The notes under the pieces were generated by a model. That model saw only the letters and a list, made by a program, of their open reading frames with translations, made no database searches and was not told the origin of the DNA. A stretch of DNA of 64,000 bases, from NCBI GenBank assembly GCA_964450735.1, contig CAYVDC010000001.1, positions 69,577 through 133,576 on the forward strand. The letters are read 5' to 3'. The DNA comes from an uncultured Candidatus Saccharibacteria bacterium (lineage in GTDB: Bacteria > Patescibacteriota > Minisyncoccia > Phycocordibacterales > UBA9973). A program made the translations under genes and the position numbers. Positions 20,301 to 27,815 of this stretch are shown piece after piece (the first letter of the stretch is position 1; every line of letters begins with the position of its first letter).

Positions 20301-21453
20301 TTCTATTGCAAGTTCTAAATTAATTGGAACTGATATTACAACAATAGGAACGATAACATCAGGAACTTTAGGTACAGGAGCAGTAATAGCAGGTGTTACA
20401 ATAACATTGGGTTCTGATGCAAGTTATGATTTACATTATAGAAATAGTAGCGGTATCTTAACAAGATTGGCTAATGGAACGACAGGTCAAGTTTTAACCT
20501 CAACTACAAATGCCGCCCCTTCTTGGGCATTAGCTAATGCAGGATTGTTGACAGGGTTTGCGAGCGCAGCAGGAACATTGAGTGCATCGGATACTATATT
20601 ACAGGCAATCAGTAAATTAGATGGAAACTTAAATGCACAATCTATCACCGCTTATACTGCCACAGGTTCTAATAGTTACACAATGCCAACGGGAGCTAAG
20701 TCATTTATTATAGTTTGTGTAGGAGCAGGTGGAGGTGGAGGAAGTGGAAGGAAAGATGCCAATAACACCAATAGATATGGCGGAGGTGGAGGCGGTTCAG
20801 GTGCAATTAGTATTGTCCATATCAGAGCTACCGATGTAAGCGGAAGTACATTGACTTGTTCAGTAGGAGCAGGAGGTGGAGGTGGAGCAGCAAGGTCAAC
20901 CTCAGTTGATGGTGCAACAGGAACTGCTGGAGGTGATACTACTGTCACCAATAACTCCGTAACTATATGCAAGGCTTCTGGGGGTTCGGGTGGAATTGGT
21001 GGAACAAGTGCAGCAGGAACAGGTGGAGCAGGTGGCACTGTTGGAGATTTTGTTGGTCTATCGGGAGGTAGTAGTTCAGTTTCAGGAACTGCTGGCGCGG
21101 GGACAAGTTCAGTGAATAAAGTTGCAGGTGGAGGTGGAGCAGGTGGAGGTTCAGATTCATCCGAAAACTGGAGAAATGGTGGAGCAGGTGGTAGTGGTTA
21201 TTTTGGTTTAATTACAGGGGGGACAGGTGGTGTTGCTGCAACTTCATCTGGTACTAATGGAACTGCACCAAGTAATGCTCAATTAGTAGGCTCAGGTGGT
21301 GGTGGAGGAACATTAGGTTCAGGTACAACCACAGGAAAAAACGGAGCAAGAGGAGCAGGAGCAGGTGGAGGTTCTGCGGGTAACGCTACCACCAATTCAG
21401 GTGCAGGTGGCACAGGTGGAAATGGATACGTTTTAATATTTGCTTATTTTTAA
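14362..21453 (+). CDS. Giant tail fibre protein (2363 aa) with repeated modules and a Gly-rich C-terminus
   Basis: N-terminal IVQLKRNSVTGQIPTTSSLVMGELAMNTYDGRIFYKRSG fits the conserved phage tail-fibre N-terminal motif (QL+R...GEl..n.dG+l). At least 5 copies of (S/A)PSY(S/T)LDV(S/T)G.GR(F/Y) occur, each followed by TGALT(V/I).GGLG. The last ~250 aa are 50% Gly or more and end in GNGYVLIFAYF. Confidence 0.75.
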   Translation: MAQIVQLKRNSVTGQIPTTSSLVMGELAMNTYDGRIFYKRSGSVIAIESLLSPSINSSYPIWNTGSLYLSGSGIVIEGANTNLALKIKGSNTQGSGVGIQLENNYSTGKTYQIVSYDDGTFVLRDTSGNNFFYFSGSLSLVKDGGNVVIGGISNTSNSKLKVSGSAEFTSNVVIFGSLTTNIISTLLKTTSGGVITSSIAGVDYIAGGVGTTNYLPKFSGSGVLTNSGIYDNGTGVGVGTSVPLAPLHVKVTSSGITTNPLGSVGIIESSGDAYISIYSPTSREKGLIFGDNTSEYTGGIFYNSSGVTNGLNFRVNGNNTKLVITSAGNVGVNNSSPSYSLDVSGTGRFTGALTLTTPLSVSSGGTGTGSFYSSSLLIGNGTGSLIHSSNLIWDNVNGYLGINKNGGQLYSAIDVNGNIRIRKGDALWMPDSNDSIRVDDAPSWYSGNSNVFTFLGYAGTWIFRTSDSLRNVMIIDSNISNVLKVSGSISSSVDFYFGTTSVSASLALKNPLLSGSGFLKLTLGVPSYVTGSSVQFVKGDGTLDSSTIISGSGISNYIAKWNGNYLTSSLIYDDGTNVGVGTTSPLRKFHVEIGSNTYAFRIGVGGTNSIEMGNEGAAGNSVISFQGTNFFMGGNGGKGLGIGAGVVNANVPTTSSYTNIVGSLGINQSAPSYSLDVTGAGRFTSALKVDSTTASTSRSTGALIVSGGLGVGGAGYFGGSIIITGSGGYYAPNNTAFSFRNAANSAYLRAFTLASDDNLKIGEDSNISYILSNYIGLGTSAIWSKVTIGGGNVTLLNNIDIQGVVAANNTFLPIIKLNISDQVSIASGGAVTIFGGKVGLGVTATSVLHIKAGTAAANTAPIKLTAGTNLTSPESGSIEFDGTDLFFTPSSTRRTFAFLNGNQTFSGVTTFSNTTTSTSTTTGALTVAGGLGIVGTSYFGNTINSATSTSKKLSLNSTGSEQFLIANNFLRLQYDNGSATGWQGAGGGFEVGMNDAATVFFQMYNRTSNAPIASSWLTSGIIVNDNSGGGITPSSTQLLTARTYTTTKVPFTVIGATSQSADLLQIQNASSIALAVFNKDGYLGLGTTIPTHSLSFGMSGYSDTKTIAWQNSSSTNRAAYIQAVGIGNYTHYLAFGVNTTTADVNAVEVMRIGTDGTVAVGTTTTGGAKFTIANTGSGEVGLLLLKNSGANGDSGKIIFGTTAGGANGAEIVSKRTAGDFSVDLFFRTTDSGGIQNEVLRMTSTKYVGINNSSPSYTLDVSGSVRIPNNTSIYGNNISGTPVSLISINTNNRIVLSQTGYTVTFSNLLFSDNSTEARIQAGNSGGIRFMASNASDLGKMFENGNYSWGSIVDSGYKFDVSGSTRITSTLSVTGSVFLSGIGNVTSGSINILISSGSDYKVNALSSSQFISNLGIVSGSGTARYYSVFSSSGVIGNGGMYDNGVGSGVVSMDYNILYLGNTATNNTLNVNRTGASPSSISVTAGVANPSITFVSGYGLGGRLSIGSASLEIMSFWGDGNVSINNASNAGYKLDVSGSGRYIGDLFISSSTASTSVTTGALTIRGGLGVSGSIYGGTTLSIISSGSASVNGGIYVGTGATFASNADNLLTVRGTGNSASSWKGRITAGGDNYAFLMGEFNSHAWLGGHNAALNAWADLYINPEASGAKKVFIGAVSARENAILTIDNATGYSTFSGSVYASVGAIYAKAGVNLTSTSSYTFDGYANYGHYLDLNSGYIQFVGNGTKIGGFYTGATKGFGFNNSSILAWNGASETAPDISIERVATNTISVGTALGGSNNGTLSAGMIGVATISPSYSLDVSGSGRFTGNLIISGGLTGSLFGNASTATVLQSARTINGTLFDGSANITISISGSALLGTTLASNIVSSSLTTLGTIGTGLWNATKISEVYGGTNQSTYTVGDMLYSSGSNTLNKLAIGSSAQMLIVNSGIPSWQTVSGDITITNAGVTAIGSSKVTNTMLSGSIASSKLIGTDITTIGTITSGTLGTGAVIAGVTITLGSDASYDLHYRNSSGILTRLANGTTGQVLTSTTNAAPSWALANAGLLTGFASAAGTLSASDTILQAISKLDGNLNAQSITAYTATGSNSYTMPTGAKSFIIVCVGAGGGGGSGRKDANNTNRYGGGGGGSGAISIVHIRATDVSGSTLTCSVGAGGGGGAARSTSVDGATGTAGGDTTVTNNSVTICKASGGSGGIGGTSAAGTGGAGGTVGDFVGLSGGSSSVSGTAGAGTSSVNKVAGGGGAGGGSDSSENWRNGGAGGSGYFGLITGGTGGVAATSSGTNGTAPSNAQLVGSGGGGGTLGSGTTTGKNGARGAGAGGGSAGNATTNSGAGGTGGNGYVLIFAYF

Positions 21454-21471
21454 TTTTTAAAATTTTACTAA

Positions 21472-23289
21472 ATGGACATGTCATTAGTTTCAATAGATAC
21501 ATTAAATGAATTTAGAACTCTAAATCCACTTGATACCAATTTATATTTCTTAAAAGAAGAAGGTAAACAAGGAATATTTTATTCCAATCCCAACGATGCT
21601 GTTTCGATTGATAACATCGGCACAATTATAGTAGCTTCTAATAAGAGAATGTATAGAATGTTCGACACTTTTATCAGACCGGAATGGTTTGGTGCTGTTG
21701 GGGATGGAATTACAGATGATAGAGCAGCTATCCAAGCAGCTATTGATAGTTTGTCAAATGGAGGTACTATTTTATTTTCAGCGAAGAATTACAAAATAAA
21801 TTCAACATTATTTGCTAATTCAAATACTAATTTTATAGGAACAAGTTTATCAGCAACCATTGTCAATAGCAATAACACCTTTCATAGTTTCACTTGTGTT
21901 AATAAAGATAGAGTGAATTTTAATAATTTAAGTTTCACTTTAAGCAACAGTCCTTCTAATGTTAATGTAGTGAGTCATATTTTATTTCAATCTACAAAAA
22001 ACAGTTCAGTGACTAATTGTAATTTTATTAAATCGAATTGGTGTGCTGTTTATGTATTGGGTGTTGCGGGAAATTATTCAAGAAACATTGACATATTAAA
22101 TAATAAAATTGACGAACTGGCTATTGATGGTGGAAGCGGTAATTCCCCATCAGGAATAAATGTGGAAGGTGGTTCTGTTAACATCAAAGTAAATGGTAAT
22201 AGTATAGATGGATTAACAGGTGCGATTGGTATTAGAATTTTATGTACAAGCAACGGATTGGAAATTTCTTCTGTTGAAGCTAATGGAAATGAGATTGCTA
22301 ATAAGCAGACTTATGGTATTATTTTATATGATTATAATGGTGTTGGGGCTGTAAAAAATATCAAAGTCACTGATAATAACATTAGTAATATTGATGGAAG
22401 TCCAATTTCAGGCAACTCGGGTGCAGGTATTTATTTAGCTTCTGTTGGTAATGTTGATATTATCAATAACACATTAACAAGAACTAATCAAACAACATCA
22501 GGACTATCATTAACTCCTGCAAGCATAGGATTGAACACCACTTATAAAGTGAATGTACTTGGTAATAGAATTTATGATTCTGGTTATCATGGTATTTCAG
22601 TTAAAAATTCTAATAACATAACAATTAATGCTTCCAATCAAATTCACAATCCTAAACATATTGGATTGGAAATTGTAAATACAACAAAATTATCACTTGA
22701 TGATAATATATTTGAAGGAGGAAGTTTAACAGAACAAGTGATTAGCTTGAAAAGTAGCTCTAAATTGATAATAGCTAATAACCAAGTTAATTCTATCGGA
22801 ACATATAGGTTGTTAGACATGGACATTTCTTCAATTTGTTCTGATGTTTTGTTTGATACAAATAGATTTACTTATGCAGGAACAGCTAATGTAGATGCCA
22901 CAGTGTTCATTGGAGATGAAATAATTGTTTTAAACAATACAATTAAGAATGTTTCGTCAAATGTAAATAAGAAAACAGCTTATATCTATAATGTGACTAA
23001 TTCTGAATTTAAAGGAAATAAATTCATTGGTGCGAACGGAATAACATCTGTTAATATTTTAGGAACTAATACGAATTCCATCTTTGAAAAGGATAATAAG
23101 ATAACTGGAAATTTGGTTGTAAGTACCGCTACGTTAGGTATAAAAATTAATAGATTTGCAGTAACATACCCCGTTACAAATGGATATGCACAAGGCTCAG
23201 AATTTTTTAATAGCAATCCAACAATAGGACAGCCATACGGATGGGTTAATGTTGGGTCTAATATATGGAGAGCTTTGCCTAATTTGTAA
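21472..23289 (+). CDS. Right-handed beta-helix (pectate-lyase fold) polysaccharide depolymerase/tailspike-like protein
   Basis: ERFGAVGDGITDDRAAIQAAID is the hallmark pectate-lyase-superfamily N-cap motif. Later Asn/Gly-rich repeats with a ~22-residue periodicity (NGNSI.G, GNRIYDSG) are typical of parallel beta-helix coils. Confidence 0.7.
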   Translation: MDMSLVSIDTLNEFRTLNPLDTNLYFLKEEGKQGIFYSNPNDAVSIDNIGTIIVASNKRMYRMFDTFIRPEWFGAVGDGITDDRAAIQAAIDSLSNGGTILFSAKNYKINSTLFANSNTNFIGTSLSATIVNSNNTFHSFTCVNKDRVNFNNLSFTLSNSPSNVNVVSHILFQSTKNSSVTNCNFIKSNWCAVYVLGVAGNYSRNIDILNNKIDELAIDGGSGNSPSGINVEGGSVNIKVNGNSIDGLTGAIGIRILCTSNGLEISSVEANGNEIANKQTYGIILYDYNGVGAVKNIKVTDNNISNIDGSPISGNSGAGIYLASVGNVDIINNTLTRTNQTTSGLSLTPASIGLNTTYKVNVLGNRIYDSGYHGISVKNSNNITINASNQIHNPKHIGLEIVNTTKLSLDDNIFEGGSLTEQVISLKSSSKLIIANNQVNSIGTYRLLDMDISSICSDVLFDTNRFTYAGTANVDATVFIGDEIIVLNNTIKNVSSNVNKKTAYIYNVTNSEFKGNKFIGANGITSVNILGTNTNSIFEKDNKITGNLVVSTATLGIKINRFAVTYPVTNGYAQGSEFFNSNPTIGQPYGWVNVGSNIWRALPNL

Positions 23290-23300
23290 TATAGATGGCT

Positions 23301-23315
23301 CATATTTATATATGA
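23301..23315 (+). promoter_or_regulatory. Variant late-promoter-like motif CATATTTATATATGA upstream of the 1492-aa fibre gene
   Basis: A TATTTATATA core; the downstream half diverges. Confidence 0.3.
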
Positions 23316-23336
23316 GTAAACATCCCACCATATTAT

Positions 23337-26300
23337 TTGAAAACTAAAAATAAATACAATTTTACTTCTTCTGTTAATAATTATGTAACAGAATCTATTT
23401 CTCAATATTATACAAGTAGTTATAATATTGTAACAGAATCTATTGTTCTTAAAAATAAAGATTCTGTTATAATAGAAGGGTCTGCTTCTATTTCAATTAG
23501 TGGAAGTTTGTTTTATAAAGACTTGGGAGAACTAAGTGATTTTTATTATTCTACTCCTGTTGTAAACATTAGAGATGTTAAAAATATAAGTTCATCAAAA
23601 TATGGAGATGGCTTAGTGGGAACATCTTCTTTGTGGGATTTGAATTCTCCTATATTTTATATCTCCACTCCTGAAAAGAAATATGATGGAATAGATGGGA
23701 GTTATTTTCCTATTGGAAAAATATATAGAGGAATACTTCCCCCCTCCTATTCTTATGATGTTTATGGAGACACATTAACTGACCTTCCCTTTTATGCTGA
23801 ATATGAAAAATCATTATATACATTAAGACCAGAAGGAAATGACCGTCTCGATTTAACAGGAAACATTTATAAAAGAAACATTTCTCCCTCTAACATTAGT
23901 AGTAGTGGATTTGTTTCTGCTTCCAATTTATATATTACAGGAGCTTCATTTCAATATTACATCACTTCTTCTCACGTCACTGTTGGAAATCTCATCCCTT
24001 ATTATGCTGTTTTTGCCGATGTTACAAGTTCTTTAGTAAGTGGAAATTTAAGATATAGCGGAAGTGCATTGATAATTGATGGGGGGTCTTTTAATTTAAT
24101 AAATTCTACATTTAATATATCGGGAAGCACTTTATATATCAGTTCTTCCACTATATTACAAAATAATGTTACTAATAATTTTACAAACAATTCATTTAAT
24201 TATGTAAACAATTCCATTGTTTATTCAAGTAGTAGTATAAACTTATTAAATGGAACTACGTTAATTGTTCCGAGTGGAAGTTCATTAATAGTGAGTGGAA
24301 CATTATTAGTGAATAATATACAAAGTATTTACAATAACAATACAGTAGTTTATTCAGGCAGTTATATTGGAGATGGAAGTGGACTCTATAATTTAAAAAT
24401 TGGCTTAACTGTATCGGCAAGTGGATTGACAGAAACAGCAGGACAGCTTCTTCTTTCCGATGAACCATTTAGATTTAAAACTAATATTTCTTCTGGACTT
24501 GATGTTTCATTTTCTGACGTGAGCAATGAGTTGTATATTGGAGCATTTGATGCTACTTATACAATGAAAGGGGTGAGTTATTACGAAAGTAAATCTTTTG
24601 ATGTAAAAGCGGGATTTGTTAAATTAATAACATCTTCTCTTTCCATTAGACTTAATTTAGGAAATAGTTTAAGTGGAAGTGGACTCACCTCTATTAAAAT
24701 AGGAGATACGGGTAGCTTAGATACTATTCAAGATATTAGAATTACAGCTACACCTACATTTAATCAATTAATTCTTTCTTCACAAGCGGTTTCAAGTAGT
24801 AATGCTGTAAGGGCTGATAGGAGTTTATCATTTATTACATTTCCACAACAAATAGATGTAAGTTCAAACGGAAGTTCCTATTCAGATTTAGTAACATTCA
24901 ATCTCACTTCTGATAGAAGTGTTTATTTGAAATTAGAAGATAATGTTTACATTTCAGGAAGTATTACAAGTAAGACAGGTAGTTTTCAATATGTAACAGG
25001 CAGTTTTTATGGAGATGGAACTAATTTATTAAATGTTCCTTCAAAAATAGCAATTTCAGCAAGTGGACTTACTAATACTAATACATTATTAAACATTCCT
25101 TCTCAATCTCTCTCTGTTTACACAAATACATCAACAGGAATAAATGTTATTTATACAAATTCGCGTCTTGAATTTAATAACATTTCAAGTAGTTATTCAC
25201 AATTAGGTGTTAGTTATTATGACAGTGGCGCATTTATAGTTTCACAGGGATTTGTGACAATAGATACGGGAAGTTTAAGAAATTCTGTAAGAATAAATGT
25301 TGGAAATAGTTTAAGTGGAAGTGGACTGACATCATTAAAACTTGGTGCTACGGGGAGTATTGATACTGTTCAAGATATTAGAACCACTGCATTTCCAACA
25401 TTTGCACAGATAGATCTATATAATTCAGCGAGTAGCAGTTTAAATGCTGTGCGGGCAGATAGAACAGTGGCGGTTTATGTACAACCAAACCAATTGGAAA
25501 TAAGTAATTCTGGTAGTTATGGAGGTACATTTGGAAACGTTTATACTTACGATTTAACTAATAACAGAGAATATTCAATAAGACTTTCTAATGATGTTAG
25601 AATTTCAGGGAGTTTTACCGCAGCAACAGCTTCCATCACTAATTTAACAGTGATAAATTCAGCATCAATCAATGGTAACTTAGTAGTTTCGGGAAACCTT
25701 TCTGTTTTAGGAACATCTTCCATTATAGATTATACCACCATCAATAGTAGTGGAAGTACAATCGTTCTACATTCAACATCTTCTTTAATAAATGGTGGAA
25801 TAAAAATATATGAAAGTGTTGGAACACCAACGACAGGTTCATTAATTTATGATGTAACCAATCACTTTTGGAAAGCGGGGATAGAGGGAAGTGAGAAAAG
25901 AATTGTATTACAATCAGGTATTGACCCACTCACTCCATATGCTATTGTTTACGCTGATATAAGTGGCAGTTTAACATCATCTATTGCTCCTATTTTAAAC
26001 GTAGATTATACAATTCCTTCTTGGAATGGAGCGTATTGGGATGTTACTAACACTGTTAATGGTGGATTTTATGGTATAACAACAGGAAGTTTACATTTAA
26101 GACTTAAACATAGTAATAGTGGAAGTGTGAGACCATCCACTTCTGATTTAAGAAGGGCTGAACTTGCTTATAATACCATTTTAGGAAAATTATGGATTTT
26201 AAAAGAGAATGGAGTAAGTTCTGTTGAAGAAATATTTGTAACCAATTCGGGTACAACAGGTAGTTTGTATTTAAGTGGAAGTGGGCATAATGTTACAGGA

Positions 26301-27815
26301 GTTTGGAGTCAAACGGGAAGTGTTTATTTAACACAATTAACAGGAAGCACTCTTGATTTATTGACAATTGATTCTACAACATTAGTTGGAAGAAAATCTG
26401 TTATTTCTCTTTCTTCTTCATTTGACACCATCTACTATAAACAAGGAGGAAATACATTCACTCCATCGGGAACATTAGGATTATTGGGAAATGTGGATTT
26501 ATCCATTATTACAAATAATGTTGAAAAACTAAGGATAAAAAATACAGGAACTTTTCTTTTTAACACTGTAAATGAATATGGAACACTTACGATAAAAAGT
26601 GCAACAGGAAGCCTTCCAACAAAAATAACATTAGAATCTCGTAACGACGATAGTGTAATTTCATTTAGAAATACCTCTAATTCCGAAATATATAAAATTT
26701 CACAATATGGTGGAAGTGCATATATGAAGCATGAGGCATCTTCTGATTTATATATGCTCCTTCCTAATAAATTATATATTGTTGGGAGTGGGTCTATCGA
26801 ATCATTAGATACACAAGAAGCAGATGGACTTGTAATTAATTCCACAGAAACTCTAAGAGCAGGTATTAGTTTTTCAAGTAATGTGGCAACGGGAAGTGAT
26901 ACAATATTTCCAAGTTTTCCAATGTGGAATATTGGTACGAATCACAACGGACATATGTTATTTTCGGGCGCGAGAAAGAATAAATATCTTTATATATTTA
27001 CCACTCCAAATAATACAGCAGCCAATAACAAAACGGAAATGATATTGGGAACTGAATATCTTGGAGAAGCAGTTTCAGGTAATGCTATTTCATTATTGAA
27101 TGATAAAGCAACGGGATTTTATATAAAAGATTATGTAAATGATAAAAACCTATTATTTTATGATTTTACAAATAGCATACAAAGTGTTTCGGATTCAAAA
27201 ATAACAACGTTAAATTTACAAAGCCCTAACATCTATCTCAACACCATGTCAGCAAGTAGAGATGATGTTTTGATGTTAAGAACAGATGGAAAATTAATAA
27301 GAAGTACAACAGGAAGTTTATTTTTAACAAGTTCTATTGATGGAGTTTTTCACAAACAAGGAGGAAATAGTTATACATCTTCTTTGGTTATAGGTAGTTT
27401 GAATAATTATGGAGTGACGATTGTAGCTAACTCAAACACCACAGTTGCAACTTTAGCAACATCAAGTATAAGTTTATATGCAAATACATTTATAAGTGGA
27501 ACTTTATTAGTAACCAATGATGTAACAGCATATTATAGTTCAGATGAAAGATTGAAAGATGACGTTAGAGTAATTTCATCGCCATTAGAAAAAATTCATC
27601 AAATAAGTGGTGTTAATTTCAAATGGAATGAACTTTCAGGAAAAGAAATGGTAAGAGATTACGGGGTGATAGCCCAAGAAGTTGAAAAAATAATGCCTGA
27701 ATTGGTTGTTAATAGAGATAATGGATATAAAGCTGTTAGATATGAAAAACTCATTCCATTATTAATAGAATCTATAAAAGAATTATCAAATAGAGTTAAA
27801 AGATTGGAGGGATAA
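23337..27815 (+). CDS. Tail fibre/spike protein (1492 aa) with C-terminal peptidase S74 intramolecular-chaperone domain
   Basis: C-terminal SDERLKDDVRVISSPLEKIHQISGVNFKWNELSGKEMVRDYGVIAQEVEKIMPELV...YEKLIPLLIESIKELSNRVKRLEG matches the autoproteolytic chaperone of endosialidase and T5 L-shaped fibres (Ser nucleophile in S-D-x-x-x-K). The ORF has no in-frame ATG for ~400 codons, so the 5' end is uncertain (TTG at 23337). Confidence 0.75.
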   Translation: MKTKNKYNFTSSVNNYVTESISQYYTSSYNIVTESIVLKNKDSVIIEGSASISISGSLFYKDLGELSDFYYSTPVVNIRDVKNISSSKYGDGLVGTSSLWDLNSPIFYISTPEKKYDGIDGSYFPIGKIYRGILPPSYSYDVYGDTLTDLPFYAEYEKSLYTLRPEGNDRLDLTGNIYKRNISPSNISSSGFVSASNLYITGASFQYYITSSHVTVGNLIPYYAVFADVTSSLVSGNLRYSGSALIIDGGSFNLINSTFNISGSTLYISSSTILQNNVTNNFTNNSFNYVNNSIVYSSSSINLLNGTTLIVPSGSSLIVSGTLLVNNIQSIYNNNTVVYSGSYIGDGSGLYNLKIGLTVSASGLTETAGQLLLSDEPFRFKTNISSGLDVSFSDVSNELYIGAFDATYTMKGVSYYESKSFDVKAGFVKLITSSLSIRLNLGNSLSGSGLTSIKIGDTGSLDTIQDIRITATPTFNQLILSSQAVSSSNAVRADRSLSFITFPQQIDVSSNGSSYSDLVTFNLTSDRSVYLKLEDNVYISGSITSKTGSFQYVTGSFYGDGTNLLNVPSKIAISASGLTNTNTLLNIPSQSLSVYTNTSTGINVIYTNSRLEFNNISSSYSQLGVSYYDSGAFIVSQGFVTIDTGSLRNSVRINVGNSLSGSGLTSLKLGATGSIDTVQDIRTTAFPTFAQIDLYNSASSSLNAVRADRTVAVYVQPNQLEISNSGSYGGTFGNVYTYDLTNNREYSIRLSNDVRISGSFTAATASITNLTVINSASINGNLVVSGNLSVLGTSSIIDYTTINSSGSTIVLHSTSSLINGGIKIYESVGTPTTGSLIYDVTNHFWKAGIEGSEKRIVLQSGIDPLTPYAIVYADISGSLTSSIAPILNVDYTIPSWNGAYWDVTNTVNGGFYGITTGSLHLRLKHSNSGSVRPSTSDLRRAELAYNTILGKLWILKENGVSSVEEIFVTNSGTTGSLYLSGSGHNVTGVWSQTGSVYLTQLTGSTLDLLTIDSTTLVGRKSVISLSSSFDTIYYKQGGNTFTPSGTLGLLGNVDLSIITNNVEKLRIKNTGTFLFNTVNEYGTLTIKSATGSLPTKITLESRNDDSVISFRNTSNSEIYKISQYGGSAYMKHEASSDLYMLLPNKLYIVGSGSIESLDTQEADGLVINSTETLRAGISFSSNVATGSDTIFPSFPMWNIGTNHNGHMLFSGARKNKYLYIFTTPNNTAANNKTEMILGTEYLGEAVSGNAISLLNDKATGFYIKDYVNDKNLLFYDFTNSIQSVSDSKITTLNLQSPNIYLNTMSASRDDVLMLRTDGKLIRSTTGSLFLTSSIDGVFHKQGGNSYTSSLVIGSLNNYGVTIVANSNTTVATLATSSISLYANTFISGTLLVTNDVTAYYSSDERLKDDVRVISSPLEKIHQISGVNFKWNELSGKEMVRDYGVIAQEVEKIMPELVVNRDNGYKAVRYEKLIPLLIESIKELSNRVKRLEG

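Noticed and set aside
20676-21160. Minus-strand Pro/Ala-rich ORFs (PPAPPVPAALVPP...)
   Set aside because: They are the antisense of the Gly-rich (GGN) C-terminus of the 2363-aa fibre, an artefact of codon complementarity.
22986-23405. Minus-strand 139-aa ORF spanning the depolymerase 3' end and the fibre-gene upstream region
   Set aside because: It overlaps a well-supported + strand gene with a recognisable fold motif, and it is hydrophobic low-complexity. It is likely spurious.
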